In this document: piece by piece, positions 39,199 through 47,928 of the stretch | Layout: each line of letters opens with the position of its first letter | How positions within the stretch are numbered: the stretch's first letter is position 1 | Origin: Gemmatimonadales bacterium | Lineage (GTDB): Bacteria > Gemmatimonadota > Gemmatimonadetes > Gemmatimonadales > GWC2-71-9 | Direction: 5' to 3' | Assembly: GCA_051955835.1 (NCBI GenBank) | Contig: JBQCGH010000105.1 | Location: 41,242-105,241 of the forward strand | DNA length: 64,000 bases | Translations under genes and position numbers: made by a program | Notes under the pieces: generated by a model | What the model saw: only the letters and a program-made list of their open reading frames with translations | Told to the model about the DNA's origin: nothing | The model's database searches: none

Positions 39199-40437
39199 AT
39201 GACCGCCACCGCGGCCCTCCCGCTCGATATCGAGCGCGTGCGACAGGATTTCCCCATCCTCTCGCAGCGCGTGCGGGGCAAGCCGCTGGTCTATTTGGAC
39301 AACGCCGCCACCAGCCAGAAGCCGCGCCACGTCATCGACGCCGTGTCGCGGTTTTACGCGCTGGAAAACGCGAACATCCATCGCGGGGTCCACTATTTGA
39401 GCGAGCGCGCGACGGCCGAATACGACGAGGTTCGCGCCCGGGTGGCCCGTTTCCTCAACGCCCCTTCCGCCGACACGATCGTCTTTACGCGCGGGACCAC
39501 CGAGGCGATCAATCTCGTCGCGCAGAGCTGGGCGCGCACCACGCTCGTGCCTGGGGACGAAATTCTGGTGACGGGCATGGAGCATCATTCGAACCTGGTA
39601 CCGTGGCAGCTCGTGGCAGCCCAGACCGGCGCGGTGGTGCGGGCCGTGCCCATCACGGACGTGGGCGAGCTCGACCTGCAGGCGTTCGATCGCATGCTCA
39701 CCGAGCGTACGCGCCTGCTCGCCGCGGTGCATGTCTCCAATGCGCTCGGCACGATCAATCCGGTGCGATGGATGGTGGCGCGAGCGCGGGAACGTGGCAT
39801 CGTGACCCTTGTTGACGGCGCGCAGTCAGTGCCTCACCTCCCGGTGGACGTTCAGGCGATCGGCTGCGATTTCTTTGCGTTCTCGGGACACAAGGTCTTC
39901 GGCCCGACGGGCGTCGGGGCGCTTTACGGACGCGCGGAGCTGCTCGATCGCATGCCGCCCTGGCAAGGCGGCGGCGATATGATCGAGTCCGTCACCCTGG
40001 AGCATAGCACCTGGGCGCGCCCCCCAGCCCGCTTTGAGGCCGGAACGCCCATGATCGCGGAGGTCATGGGACTCGGCGCGGCGCTCGAGTACGTCGACAC
40101 CATTGGTCACTCGGCCATCGGCACCTGGGAAGAGGAGCTCCTCGGCTGCGCCACCGAGCGAATCCGAGAAGTCGATGGCGTGCGCCTCGTAGGGACAGCC
40201 CGCGAGAAGGCGGGCGTGCTCTCGTTCGTGCTCGATGGCGTGCATCCGCACGATGCGGGCACGGTGCTCGATGACGACGGCATTGCGGTCCGCGCGGGCC
40301 ATCACTGTGCCCAGCCCGTCATGCGGCGATTCGGCATCCCGGCGACGGTTCGGGCCTCGTTCGCCTTTTACAACACCCGGGATGAAGTCGACGCGTTGGT
40401 GCGGGGCGTGGAGCGGGTCCGGAGCGTGTTCGCCTGA
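39199..40437 (+). CDS. sufS: Cysteine desulfurase SufS (class V aminotransferase, group II)
   Basis: YLDNAATSQKP, FSGHKVFGPTGVGALYG (PLP Lys) and RAGHHCAQP (catalytic Cys loop). ATG 39199 lies 8 nt after the sufD stop. Confidence 0.95.
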   Translation: MTATAALPLDIERVRQDFPILSQRVRGKPLVYLDNAATSQKPRHVIDAVSRFYALENANIHRGVHYLSERATAEYDEVRARVARFLNAPSADTIVFTRGTTEAINLVAQSWARTTLVPGDEILVTGMEHHSNLVPWQLVAAQTGAVVRAVPITDVGELDLQAFDRMLTERTRLLAAVHVSNALGTINPVRWMVARARERGIVTLVDGAQSVPHLPVDVQAIGCDFFAFSGHKVFGPTGVGALYGRAELLDRMPPWQGGGDMIESVTLEHSTWARPPARFEAGTPMIAEVMGLGAALEYVDTIGHSAIGTWEEELLGCATERIREVDGVRLVGTAREKAGVLSFVLDGVHPHDAGTVLDDDGIAVRAGHHCAQPVMRRFGIPATVRASFAFYNTRDEVDALVRGVERVRSVFA

Positions 40438-40871
40438 TGGCCGGTCTCAGCGAGCTGTATCAGAACGTGATCCTGGAGCACAACCGGTCGCCCCGGAATT
40501 ACCGGACGATGGATGATGCCAGCCGGACGGCCCAGGGATCCAATCCCTTGTGTGGCGATCAGGTGACGGTCTGGGTCAGGCTCGAGGGGGATCGAATCGG
40601 CGACGTCAGCTTCCAGGGCGCAGGATGTGCCATCTCGAAGGCCTCGGCGTCACTCATGACCGGGGCCGTAAAAGGAAAGACGCGCGCCGAGGCCAACGCG
40701 CTGTTCGAGCGATTTCATCGGCTGATCACGGGCGGGCTGAGTCGCGAAGAGGCGGAAACCCTGGGCAAGCTGACCGTGTTCTCGGGAGTGTCGGAGTTTC
40801 CGGTGCGTGTCAAATGCGCGAGCCTTGCCTGGCACGCGCTCAAGTCGGCGCTGGACGGCGGTTCAGCCTGA
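40437..40871 (+). CDS. sufU: SufU / NifU-like sulfur-transfer protein
   Basis: NPLCGDQV, GAGCAISKASAS and VRVKCASLAW are the three conserved Cys regions of SufU/IscU-like proteins. The start overlaps the sufS stop by 1 nt (TGATG). Confidence 0.9.
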   Translation: MAGLSELYQNVILEHNRSPRNYRTMDDASRTAQGSNPLCGDQVTVWVRLEGDRIGDVSFQGAGCAISKASASLMTGAVKGKTRAEANALFERFHRLITGGLSREEAETLGKLTVFSGVSEFPVRVKCASLAWHALKSALDGGSA

Positions 40872-40917
40872 CGGCGCGAGGCATCGCGTACAAACTATTC
40901 AGAGGAGTCTCAACATC

Positions 40918-41346
40918 ATGCCTTACAACCCCGCCCTCGTCGCGCCGATGCGCGAAGAGATGACCCGCATGGGGGCCCGCGAGCTCACAACCGCGACCGA
41001 CGTCGACTCAGCCCTGGGCGATCAGCGGGGCACGATGCTGCTCTTTGTGAACTCGGTATGCGGGTGCGCCGCCGGAAACGCCCGGCCGGCGCTTCGGCTT
41101 GCGCTGCAGCATGGCGTCACGCCGCAACAGGTAGTCACGGTCTTCGCGGGGCAGGATACCGACGCGACCGCGCGTGCCCGCCAATACTTCGCTGATTATC
41201 AGCCGAGCAGTCCGTCGATGGCGCTGCTGCGGGACGGCGAGGTGGTTCACTTTGTCCATCGGCATCAGATCGAAGGACGCTCGCCCCAAGCGATTGCCGC
41301 CGATCTCACGGCCGCCTTCGACCGCCATTTCGCGGCCGCGGTTTGA
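40918..41346 (+). CDS. brx: Bacilliredoxin (BrxA/BrxB, YphP/YqiW, DUF1094 family)
   Basis: Near-colinear by eye with my recollection of B. subtilis YphP: ...LLFVNSVCGCAAGNARPA...VTVFAGQD..A...YF....PSSPSMALL.DGEVVHF..RH.IEG.., including the CGC redox motif. AGAGGAG lies upstream of the ATG. Confidence 0.9.
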   Translation: MPYNPALVAPMREEMTRMGARELTTATDVDSALGDQRGTMLLFVNSVCGCAAGNARPALRLALQHGVTPQQVVTVFAGQDTDATARARQYFADYQPSSPSMALLRDGEVVHFVHRHQIEGRSPQAIAADLTAAFDRHFAAAV

Positions 41347-41357
41347 ACGGGCGCGCC

Positions 41358-41642
41358 ATGGCCGGGCATGTTTTTCATCCGGGGCATCAGGCGTTGCACG
41401 GCGTGACGGTCGTGCTCGAGACCGTAGGTGACAAGACCTACGTCGGCCGGTTCGACAGCCAGGACGATCGCGGCGTGCACATGCATGACGTCGGGGTGCA
41501 CGATGCCGCCACGGCGACGGTTTCGAAGGAAGCATTCCTGCAGCGTTGCGATCGGTTCGGAATCCCGACGCAGCATCGTGACCTCCTCGTGCCCGTGACA
41601 GACGTCGCGCGCATTCAGAAGCTGGTCGACGCGGTCCGCTGA
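41358..41642 (+). CDS. Hypothetical small protein (94 aa)
   Basis: MAGHVFHPGHQALHGVTVVLETVGDKTYVGRFDSQDDRGVHMHDVGV... has a beta-rich, Sm-like feel, but no family is recognised. It sits between brx and mnmG on the same strand. Confidence 0.45.
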   Translation: MAGHVFHPGHQALHGVTVVLETVGDKTYVGRFDSQDDRGVHMHDVGVHDAATATVSKEAFLQRCDRFGIPTQHRDLLVPVTDVARIQKLVDAVR

Positions 41643-41661
41643 TCCTTTCCAGGCGCTTGCC

Positions 41662-43539
41662 ATGGGTTGCAGCTACGACGTGATCGTCATCGGGGGCGGC
41701 CATGCCGGGGCGGAGGCAGCGGCGCTCGCGGCCCGGTCCGGCGCACGCACGCTTCTTCTCACCCAAAATCTCGAGACCATCGGTCAGATGTCATGTAATC
41801 CCGCCATCGGCGGGATTGCCAAAGGCACCGTGGTTCGAGAAGTGGACGCTCTCGGCGGGGTGATGGGACGGGCCACCGATAGGTCGCGCATCCACTTTCG
41901 AATGCTCAACCGCTCGAAGGGGCCCGCGGTTTGGTCCCCCAGAGCGCAGTGCGACAGGGCGCTGTATCGCCAAGCTGTACGTGCTGAATTGGAACGTTTG
42001 CCAGGCCTGCGGTTTTCGCAAGGAACGGTCTCCGGTTTGCTCATGGCGCGTGGGTCGGTTGCCGGTGTCACGACAATCGATGGAAGGGTTTACCACTCGA
42101 GAGCGGTCGTACTGACGGCCGGGACATTCCTTCGAGGCCGTATCCACGTGGGGACGCGCACTCAAGTGCCAGCCGGGCGAGCCGGCGAGGCACCGGCCGT
42201 TGAGATTACGCAAGCACTTGGTGATATTGGACTTACGAGTGAACGATTCAAGACCGGTACCCCGCCGAGAATTGACGGGCGCTCGGTTGATCTGCAGAAG
42301 CTTGAGCGACAGAATGGGGACGGAGCGTCTTACTGGTTCTCGTTCCATGTCCAGACAGTGTCGCCCCGCCAACTGGCCTGCTACCTGGCACGCTCGAATC
42401 ATGAAACCCATCGGATCATCGCCGAGCGCCTCGGCGAGTCGGCACTCTACGGCGGCGGGATCAGTGCATGCGGGCCTCGCTACTGCCCCTCGATCGAGGA
42501 CAAGGTCGTTCGGTTTCCTAGGGCCGCGAGCCACCAAATCTTCCTCGAGCCCGAGGGGCTTGAGACCTCTGAACTGTATGTGAACGGTCTTTCTACCTCA
42601 TTGCCTCCAGACGTCCAGCTCGATGTGCTCCGATCGATAACAGGTCTGGAGCGGGTACACATGACCAGGCCTGGGTACGCGATCGAGTACGATTACTTCC
42701 CCCCGACACAACTCAAACCAACGCTGGAGTGTCGTGGCGTCCCGGGACTATTTCTGGCAGGCCAGGTTAATGGAACGACTGGCTATGAGGAGGCAGCTGG
42801 GCAGGGAGCGCTGGCTGGGATCAATGCCGCCTCGGTGGCCCTGGAGCGTGAGCCGCTTGTGGTAGGTCGGTCTGTAGGGTTCGTCGGCGTTCTGGTTGAT
42901 GATCTGGTGAACCGTGGCGTTGATGAGCCGTACCGACTGTTTACCTCTCGCTCCGAGTTCCGACTGCTCCTGCGTCAGGATAACGCGTTGCGGCGCATGT
43001 GTCCCATCGCGTTGGATCGGGGGCTTTGGACTGAAGCGGAGCTTCGTAGTGCCGAGACCTTGCTCGAGCGAGAGGATCGCGTGCTGGAACTCGCTGATCA
43101 GACGAATGTCGACCCGTCGATTGCGAACCCGATTCTCGAAGCCGCAGGCTCGCGCGCGATCGCCGAGCCCCATCCGGTCGCTTCATTGGCTCGACGTCCC
43201 CGCGTTTCGACGTCAGAGCTCCTCCGCGGTGCTGGCGTCGAGGTCGACGATCGAGCGGCCGTCTGGGCTGATGTCGAGCTCAAGTACGCTGGTTATCTGG
43301 CGCGTGAGCGGGCCACCGCGACGCGTCTGACCGCCTTGGAAGATTTCGCGCTGCCTCAGGATCTGGAGTACCTGTCACTCGCAACGATCTCAACCGAGGC
43401 TCGCCAGAAGCTTCATGTCGCCAAGCCCTCCACCATCGGCGGAGCCCGTCGCATCCCGGGCGTCTCGCCGAGCGACCTTCAGAACCTCATCGTTGAAGTC
43501 CTCAAACGTCACGGCCCTAGGATCTGCGAGAGGTCCTGA
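41662..43539 (+). CDS. mnmG: tRNA uridine-5-carboxymethylaminomethyl modification enzyme MnmG (GidA)
   Basis: YDVIVIGGGHAGAEAA, MSCNPAIGGIAKG, TGTPPRI, GPRYCPSIEDK and LFLAGQVNGTTGYEEAA are canonical. Confidence 0.97.
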   Translation: MGCSYDVIVIGGGHAGAEAAALAARSGARTLLLTQNLETIGQMSCNPAIGGIAKGTVVREVDALGGVMGRATDRSRIHFRMLNRSKGPAVWSPRAQCDRALYRQAVRAELERLPGLRFSQGTVSGLLMARGSVAGVTTIDGRVYHSRAVVLTAGTFLRGRIHVGTRTQVPAGRAGEAPAVEITQALGDIGLTSERFKTGTPPRIDGRSVDLQKLERQNGDGASYWFSFHVQTVSPRQLACYLARSNHETHRIIAERLGESALYGGGISACGPRYCPSIEDKVVRFPRAASHQIFLEPEGLETSELYVNGLSTSLPPDVQLDVLRSITGLERVHMTRPGYAIEYDYFPPTQLKPTLECRGVPGLFLAGQVNGTTGYEEAAGQGALAGINAASVALEREPLVVGRSVGFVGVLVDDLVNRGVDEPYRLFTSRSEFRLLLRQDNALRRMCPIALDRGLWTEAELRSAETLLEREDRVLELADQTNVDPSIANPILEAAGSRAIAEPHPVASLARRPRVSTSELLRGAGVEVDDRAAVWADVELKYAGYLARERATATRLTALEDFALPQDLEYLSLATISTEARQKLHVAKPSTIGGARRIPGVSPSDLQNLIVEVLKRHGPRICERS

Positions 43540-43543
43540 GCAC

Positions 43544-43559
43544 TGTTTCACGTGAAACA
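43544..43559. promoter_or_regulatory. parS: parS centromere site, perfect TGTTTCACGTGAAACA
   Basis: 16/16 match to the canonical tGTTNCACGTGAAACa palindrome. It begins 5 nt after the mnmG stop. Confidence 0.85.
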
Positions 43560-43825
43560 ATCGGATTCATTCAGACCCGCCGTGCGGCCGGCTCTGAGCC
43601 TCAGGTTCTCATTCATAGCGTAAGCGATCGCGAATTCGTGGCAGGGAGCTCGAATCTTCTCTTGGCGTCGGGGCATCGAAGCCCGGCCGCGAGCCCAGTA
43701 GACCTCGAATATCAGCGACGGGAAAACTGAACCGCGCGAACACCACCGCACGCTGGCCCCTCGTCCTGGACCAAGACCGTTTTTGCTGCCTGTCCGCGCT
43801 TGGAATCAGTCGTCTACGGCTGCGG

Positions 43826-43841
43826 CGTTCCACGTGAAACA
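43826..43841. promoter_or_regulatory. parS: parS centromere site, CGTTCCACGTGAAACA (one outer mismatch)
   Basis: 15/16 match to the parS consensus. It lies 127 nt upstream of the parA ATG. Confidence 0.7.
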
Positions 43842-43967
43842 CCTGTTGATTATCCGACGCGCATTCCTATATTGGCGGCGTATCGGCGACATCACCTTCC
43901 CCCAACATGGCCGCCGCTATCGATGTAAGCCTTTGTTGTACAATACTTTACAAACATACACCTCTAT

Positions 43968-44783
43968 ATGGCCCACATCGTCGCGATCGCCAATCAGAAG
44001 GGCGGCGTCGGAAAGACCACAACTGCGGTCAATCTCGCCGCGTCGCTAGCCATCGCTGAACGCCGCACGCTGATCCTTGATGCTGACCCGCAAGGCAACG
44101 CGACCAGCGGTGTGGGCATCGTCAAGCACGAGCTGCAGGTGTCTCTCTACGACGCCCTCGTCGAGCACCGGGCACCCGCCGAAATCGTCGTACCCGTCCC
44201 CGGCCTTCCTCATCTCTCCGTGCTGCCGGCAACCCAGGATCTAGTCGGTGCCGAGCTCCAGCTTGTCGATCGGCCCCATCGCGAGTCGGCGTTGCGCGCC
44301 GTCCTCGAGCCACTCCAGTCTGACTACGACTACGTGGTCGTGGATTGTCCGCCCTCGCTGGGCATGCTCACGCTCAACGTGCTTGCTGCCGCGAACACGG
44401 TACTGATTCCCATTCAATGCGAGTACTACGGTCTCGAGGGCATCTCGCAGTTGCTGAACACCGTGCGGCTCGTGCAGCAGAATTTCAATCCGGGGCTGGC
44501 CATCAGCGGCGTCCTGCTTACCATGTACGATGCGCGTCTCAATCTCTGCCGCCAGGTTGCCGATGATGCCAAGGAGTACTTCGGGGGCAAGATGTTCGTC
44601 ACGCCGATTCCGCGGAATGTCCGTCTGGCCGAGGCGCCCAGCTTCGGCAAGCCGATCCTCCTTTACGACGTGCAGTCGGTCGGCGCCAAGAGCTATCTCT
44701 CCGTCGCGCAGGAGCTCATGCGGCGGATCGAGAACACACCCGCGCCTGAGATCCCGGAGCCGCTGCCCGAGGTAACCACATGA
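43968..44783 (+). CDS. parA: Chromosome partitioning ATPase ParA (Soj)
   Basis: MAHIVAIANQKGGVGKTTTAVNLAASLA (deviant Walker A), DADPQGNATSG and VVVDCPPSLG. Confidence 0.95.
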   Translation: MAHIVAIANQKGGVGKTTTAVNLAASLAIAERRTLILDADPQGNATSGVGIVKHELQVSLYDALVEHRAPAEIVVPVPGLPHLSVLPATQDLVGAELQLVDRPHRESALRAVLEPLQSDYDYVVVDCPPSLGMLTLNVLAAANTVLIPIQCEYYGLEGISQLLNTVRLVQQNFNPGLAISGVLLTMYDARLNLCRQVADDAKEYFGGKMFVTPIPRNVRLAEAPSFGKPILLYDVQSVGAKSYLSVAQELMRRIENTPAPEIPEPLPEVTT

Positions 44784-45673
44784 CCGAGACCAAGCGATTG
44801 GGACGAGGACTGGAAGCCCTGCTGGGGCCGGTATCACGCGAGCAGGCGGAGGCGGCGGGGGCCTTGCGCGAGGTACCGATTGGAAGCGTCAAGCCGAACC
44901 CCTATCAGCCTCGCACCAGAATCGACGAGGGTCAGCTCGACGAGCTGGTCGCCTCGATTCAGGCGTCCGGGCTGCTGCAGCCCGTCGTCGTGCGGCCACG
45001 CAATGGGGGGTACGAGCTCATTGCCGGCGAGCGCCGCTGGCGAGCGGCCACGAAACTCGGGTGGAGCAAGATTCCAGCAGTGGTGAGGGACGTCGACGAC
45101 CAGACGCTCCTGACCCTCGCGCTTATCGAGAATCTGCAGCGCGACGATCTTTCTCCCATCGACGAAGCAGCGGGCTATCAGCGGCTCGGCGCCGAGTTCA
45201 GCCTCCCGCACGCGGAGATCGCTCGACTGGTGGGGCGAAACCGCGCGACGGTCAGCAATCTCCTCCGCCTCCTTCAGCTTCCAGTCGAGGTCCAGTCCCT
45301 GGTACACGAGCGAAAGCTGTCGGAGGGTCATGCGCGCGCCCTCCTGAGCCTGGCCGAGCCTGACTCGATGATTCGCCTGGCGCGCCAGGCAGTGGACGAG
45401 GGCTGGTCGGTGCGCGAGATGGAGTCGAGGGTTCGCGGGGATGCCCCGACCGCCGCTTCGCCCAGTCCCGAGACGATCCGGCGGACCCGACCGACCCGGG
45501 TCATCACAGCCGACGCCAAGCGCGTTGAGGACGCCCTGCGCAAGCACCTCGGCACCGACGTGCGCGTCACGACGCGCCGACGTGGGCGCGGCTTCCTCAC
45601 CTTGAGCTATTACTCCAACGACGATCTCGCCCGTCTCCTCGAGCTGATCCTCGGTCGGCCGTTCCAAGGATGA
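44780..45673 (+). CDS. parB: Chromosome partitioning protein ParB (Spo0J)
   Basis: NPYQPRT, LLQPVVVRP, ELIAGERRWRAA (ParB box) and an HTH around HAEIARLVGRNRATVSNLLRLL. The ATGA overlaps the parA stop. Confidence 0.95.
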   Translation: MTETKRLGRGLEALLGPVSREQAEAAGALREVPIGSVKPNPYQPRTRIDEGQLDELVASIQASGLLQPVVVRPRNGGYELIAGERRWRAATKLGWSKIPAVVRDVDDQTLLTLALIENLQRDDLSPIDEAAGYQRLGAEFSLPHAEIARLVGRNRATVSNLLRLLQLPVEVQSLVHERKLSEGHARALLSLAEPDSMIRLARQAVDEGWSVREMESRVRGDAPTAASPSPETIRRTRPTRVITADAKRVEDALRKHLGTDVRVTTRRRGRGFLTLSYYSNDDLARLLELILGRPFQG

Positions 45674-46464
45674 GCCGCGCGTCCCGCGCGGTGACAATCC
45701 TCATCCAGCCCGACGGTGCCACCACTTCTCAAACCTACCGGGTCCCGGTCTGGGTCTTTCGGGCCGGGGTTGGGTTCGCCATCGCAGCAGCTGTTGCGGC
45801 GGTCGTCGCAGCCGCCCTCTACGGACCCATCTTGCGGGCCGCTGTCCGAGTGCCCCGACTCGAGCACCAGGTCGCCAAGCTGGAAGCCGATAACGCGAAA
45901 GTTCGGCAGCTCAGCGCAGCTCTTGACAGCGTCGAATCACGGTATGCACAGGTGCGTCAGATGATAGGGGGAGACATCGTCCGCGACCCCATGACTGCTG
46001 GCGTTTCGCTTCCGGTGGCGCCCGTGGTCCTGGCGCGAGCCGCAGACGCTCCTCGAGGCCCCTCGGTGGGACTTTCCGTTCCGAGGCGGTGGCCGCTCGA
46101 CGAGGCTGGCTACATCACCCGCGGCCAGGTGGATACCGGCTCTACGGACGATGTACACCCCGGTATCGACATCGCCGTCGCTGCTGGGAGTATCGTCCGC
46201 GCAGCCGGTGGTGGGACCGTGCATCAACTAGGCGAGGATCCAGAGTACGGCCTCTTCGTACTGCTCGATCACCCGGACGACTACCAGACAATGTACGGTC
46301 ACCTCTCCAGAATTCTCGTTCAGCCGGGCACCTCCGTGGCCCCCGGCCAAGTCATCGGCCTGAGCGGGAACACAGGCCGTTCAACCGCGCCGCATCTCCA
46401 TTTCGAGGTGCGCCAAAAGGGCGTCTCGGTGGACCCCCGAACCATGGTCAAGGAGGGTAGCTGA
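45670..46464 (+). CDS. M23 (LytM-type) metallopeptidase with N-terminal TM segment and coiled coil
   Basis: HPGIDIAV...G.V..AG.GTV, YGLFVLLDH...TMYGHLS and GNTGRSTAPHLHFEV are M23 zinc motifs. TM segment FAIAAAVAAVVAAALYG, then LEHQVAKLEADNAKVRQL. The ATGA overlaps the parB stop. Confidence 0.9.
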   Translation: MSRASRAVTILIQPDGATTSQTYRVPVWVFRAGVGFAIAAAVAAVVAAALYGPILRAAVRVPRLEHQVAKLEADNAKVRQLSAALDSVESRYAQVRQMIGGDIVRDPMTAGVSLPVAPVVLARAADAPRGPSVGLSVPRRWPLDEAGYITRGQVDTGSTDDVHPGIDIAVAAGSIVRAAGGGTVHQLGEDPEYGLFVLLDHPDDYQTMYGHLSRILVQPGTSVAPGQVIGLSGNTGRSTAPHLHFEVRQKGVSVDPRTMVKEGS

Positions 46465-46886
46465 TGGGGATTTTCAATAACCCTGCGCGCGACGAACAAG
46501 GCAATGAGCTGCGGCGGCGGCGGACCGATCAGATACCCTTCTCGATTATAGCCAGCGACATGACAGTAATAGGCGACCTGGAGACAGAAGGGGTCGTCCG
46601 GATAGAAGGACGCGTCCGTGGAACGGTCAAAGTGGGTGCCCAGGTGCTCGTCGCCGCCGGAGCGGTCATCGAGGGTGACCTTCATACCCAAGAAGCTGTC
46701 GTCGCCGGGCAGGTGAGCGGAGCGATCGTGGCGCGGGAGCGGGTTGAGCTCCAAGCTACCGCCGTGGTCTCGGGCGACATTCTCACTCCGCGGATCGCCA
46801 TCGTGGAAGGGGCCAAGGTGACGGGCGAGGTGAAGATGGACCACTCTGCAACGCTTGCCACGTCACCGGATATGCACAAGAGTTGA
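46464..46886 (+). CDS. Bactofilin (DUF583 polymer-forming cytoskeletal protein)
   Basis: Repetitive beta-helix core: MTVIGDLETEGVVRIEGRVRGTVKVGAQVLVAAGAVIEGDLHTQEAVVAGQVSGAIVARERVELQATAVVSGDI. The start overlaps the M23 stop by 1 nt. Confidence 0.9.
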   Translation: MGIFNNPARDEQGNELRRRRTDQIPFSIIASDMTVIGDLETEGVVRIEGRVRGTVKVGAQVLVAAGAVIEGDLHTQEAVVAGQVSGAIVARERVELQATAVVSGDILTPRIAIVEGAKVTGEVKMDHSATLATSPDMHKS

Positions 46887-46956
46887 TAAGCCAGCATAAG
46901 TTGTGGAAAATCAGGGCTTTGCCTCAGATAACCTCGCGTAAAAAAGTCTGCTGCCC

Positions 46957-47928
46957 ATGAACTGGCGTTACGGTGCTCTCTTGGTGATGCTTGTCGGATG
47001 CCGCCCGGGGCCTGCCAAACCCGCCGGCGTTCGCGTTGGCTTGATCACGCCCGGAAGCGTGGCCGACGCAGCATGGAATTCGGGAGCTTACGCCGGCCTT
47101 CAGGCGATCCGCGATTCGCTCGGACTGGCCATCAGCCACGTTGAGGCCAGGACGCCGGCGGAGCAGGACGAGGCACTCCGGGCCTACGCTGCCCAAGGCT
47201 ACGATCTGGTCTTCGCACACGGGTTCGAGTTCCAGGGCCCGGCGGAGCGGGTGTCTGCCGAGTATCCCAAGACGGTGTTCATCGTGACATCGGGGTCGCG
47301 GGCGCACGGCAACGTCGCGCCACTGATTTTCCGGCTTGAGGAAGCGAGTTACCTGGCGGGGATGGTCGCGGGCGGGCTTACCCGCACCAATGTGCTCGGG
47401 TTCGTCGGTGGCATCGAGTTGCCACCGATCAAGGCCGCCTACGACGGGTGGGTGAACGGCGCGCGGTCGGTCAATCCGAAGGCGAAGACCCGGGAGATCT
47501 ACCTCAACAGCTTCGATGATGCCGCCGCGGGGCGAGAGGCCGCGCTGGCCCTCATACGGGTCGGTGCCGACATGTTCCACCACAACGCCGATGCCGCGGC
47601 ACTCGGCGTGTTCCAGGCGGTCAAGGAATCGCCTGGGGTGTACATCTTCGGCGCCAATGCCGATCAGTCGGCCCTGGCGCCTGGCCGGGTCATAGGCAGC
47701 GCCATCATCGATCTTCCCCGCGCCCTCCTCCTCGTGGCCAAAGAAGTCAAAAGCGGGACCTTCCGGCCCAAGGTCGAGTCGTTCGGTCTCGAAAGCGGCG
47801 TGGTGCGCTACGAGGCGAACCATGCGCTCGATTCCCTCGTGCCGCCGGCGCTCGCCGCCAAGGTCCGCTCGGCCGCGGACTCCATCGTGGCCGGCACCAT
47901 TCATCCCGCCGAGCAACCCCCGCGGTGA
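46957..47928 (+). CDS. BMP family (PnrA-like) ABC transporter substrate-binding lipoprotein
   Basis: Lipobox LLVMLVGC. ...GLITPGSVADAAWNSGAY.GL...GYDLVFAHGFEF...VGGIELPPI... are typical of basic membrane protein/nucleoside-binding SBPs. Confidence 0.85.
   Translation: MNWRYGALLVMLVGCRPGPAKPAGVRVGLITPGSVADAAWNSGAYAGLQAIRDSLGLAISHVEARTPAEQDEALRAYAAQGYDLVFAHGFEFQGPAERVSAEYPKTVFIVTSGSRAHGNVAPLIFRLEEASYLAGMVAGGLTRTNVLGFVGGIELPPIKAAYDGWVNGARSVNPKAKTREIYLNSFDDAAAGREAALALIRVGADMFHHNADAAALGVFQAVKESPGVYIFGANADQSALAPGRVIGSAIIDLPRALLLVAKEVKSGTFRPKVESFGLESGVVRYEANHALDSLVPPALAAKVRSAADSIVAGTIHPAEQPPR

Noticed and set aside
43540-43967. Possible oriC (DnaA boxes) in the AT-richer spacer next to parS.
   Set aside because: The best TTATCCACA-like matches (for example TTATCCGAC at 43849-43857) have only 6 of 9 positions. 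I saw no cluster of boxes and no AT-rich unwinding repeats, and dnaA is not in the window.
43609-44049. Small ORFs in the mnmG-parA spacer containing FHVKH / FHVERR peptides, considered as an rsmG remnant.
   Set aside because: The FHVKH peptide is simply the translation of the parS palindrome. No SAM-binding motif of the GxGxGxPG type, or any other RsmG-like sequence, is present in any frame.
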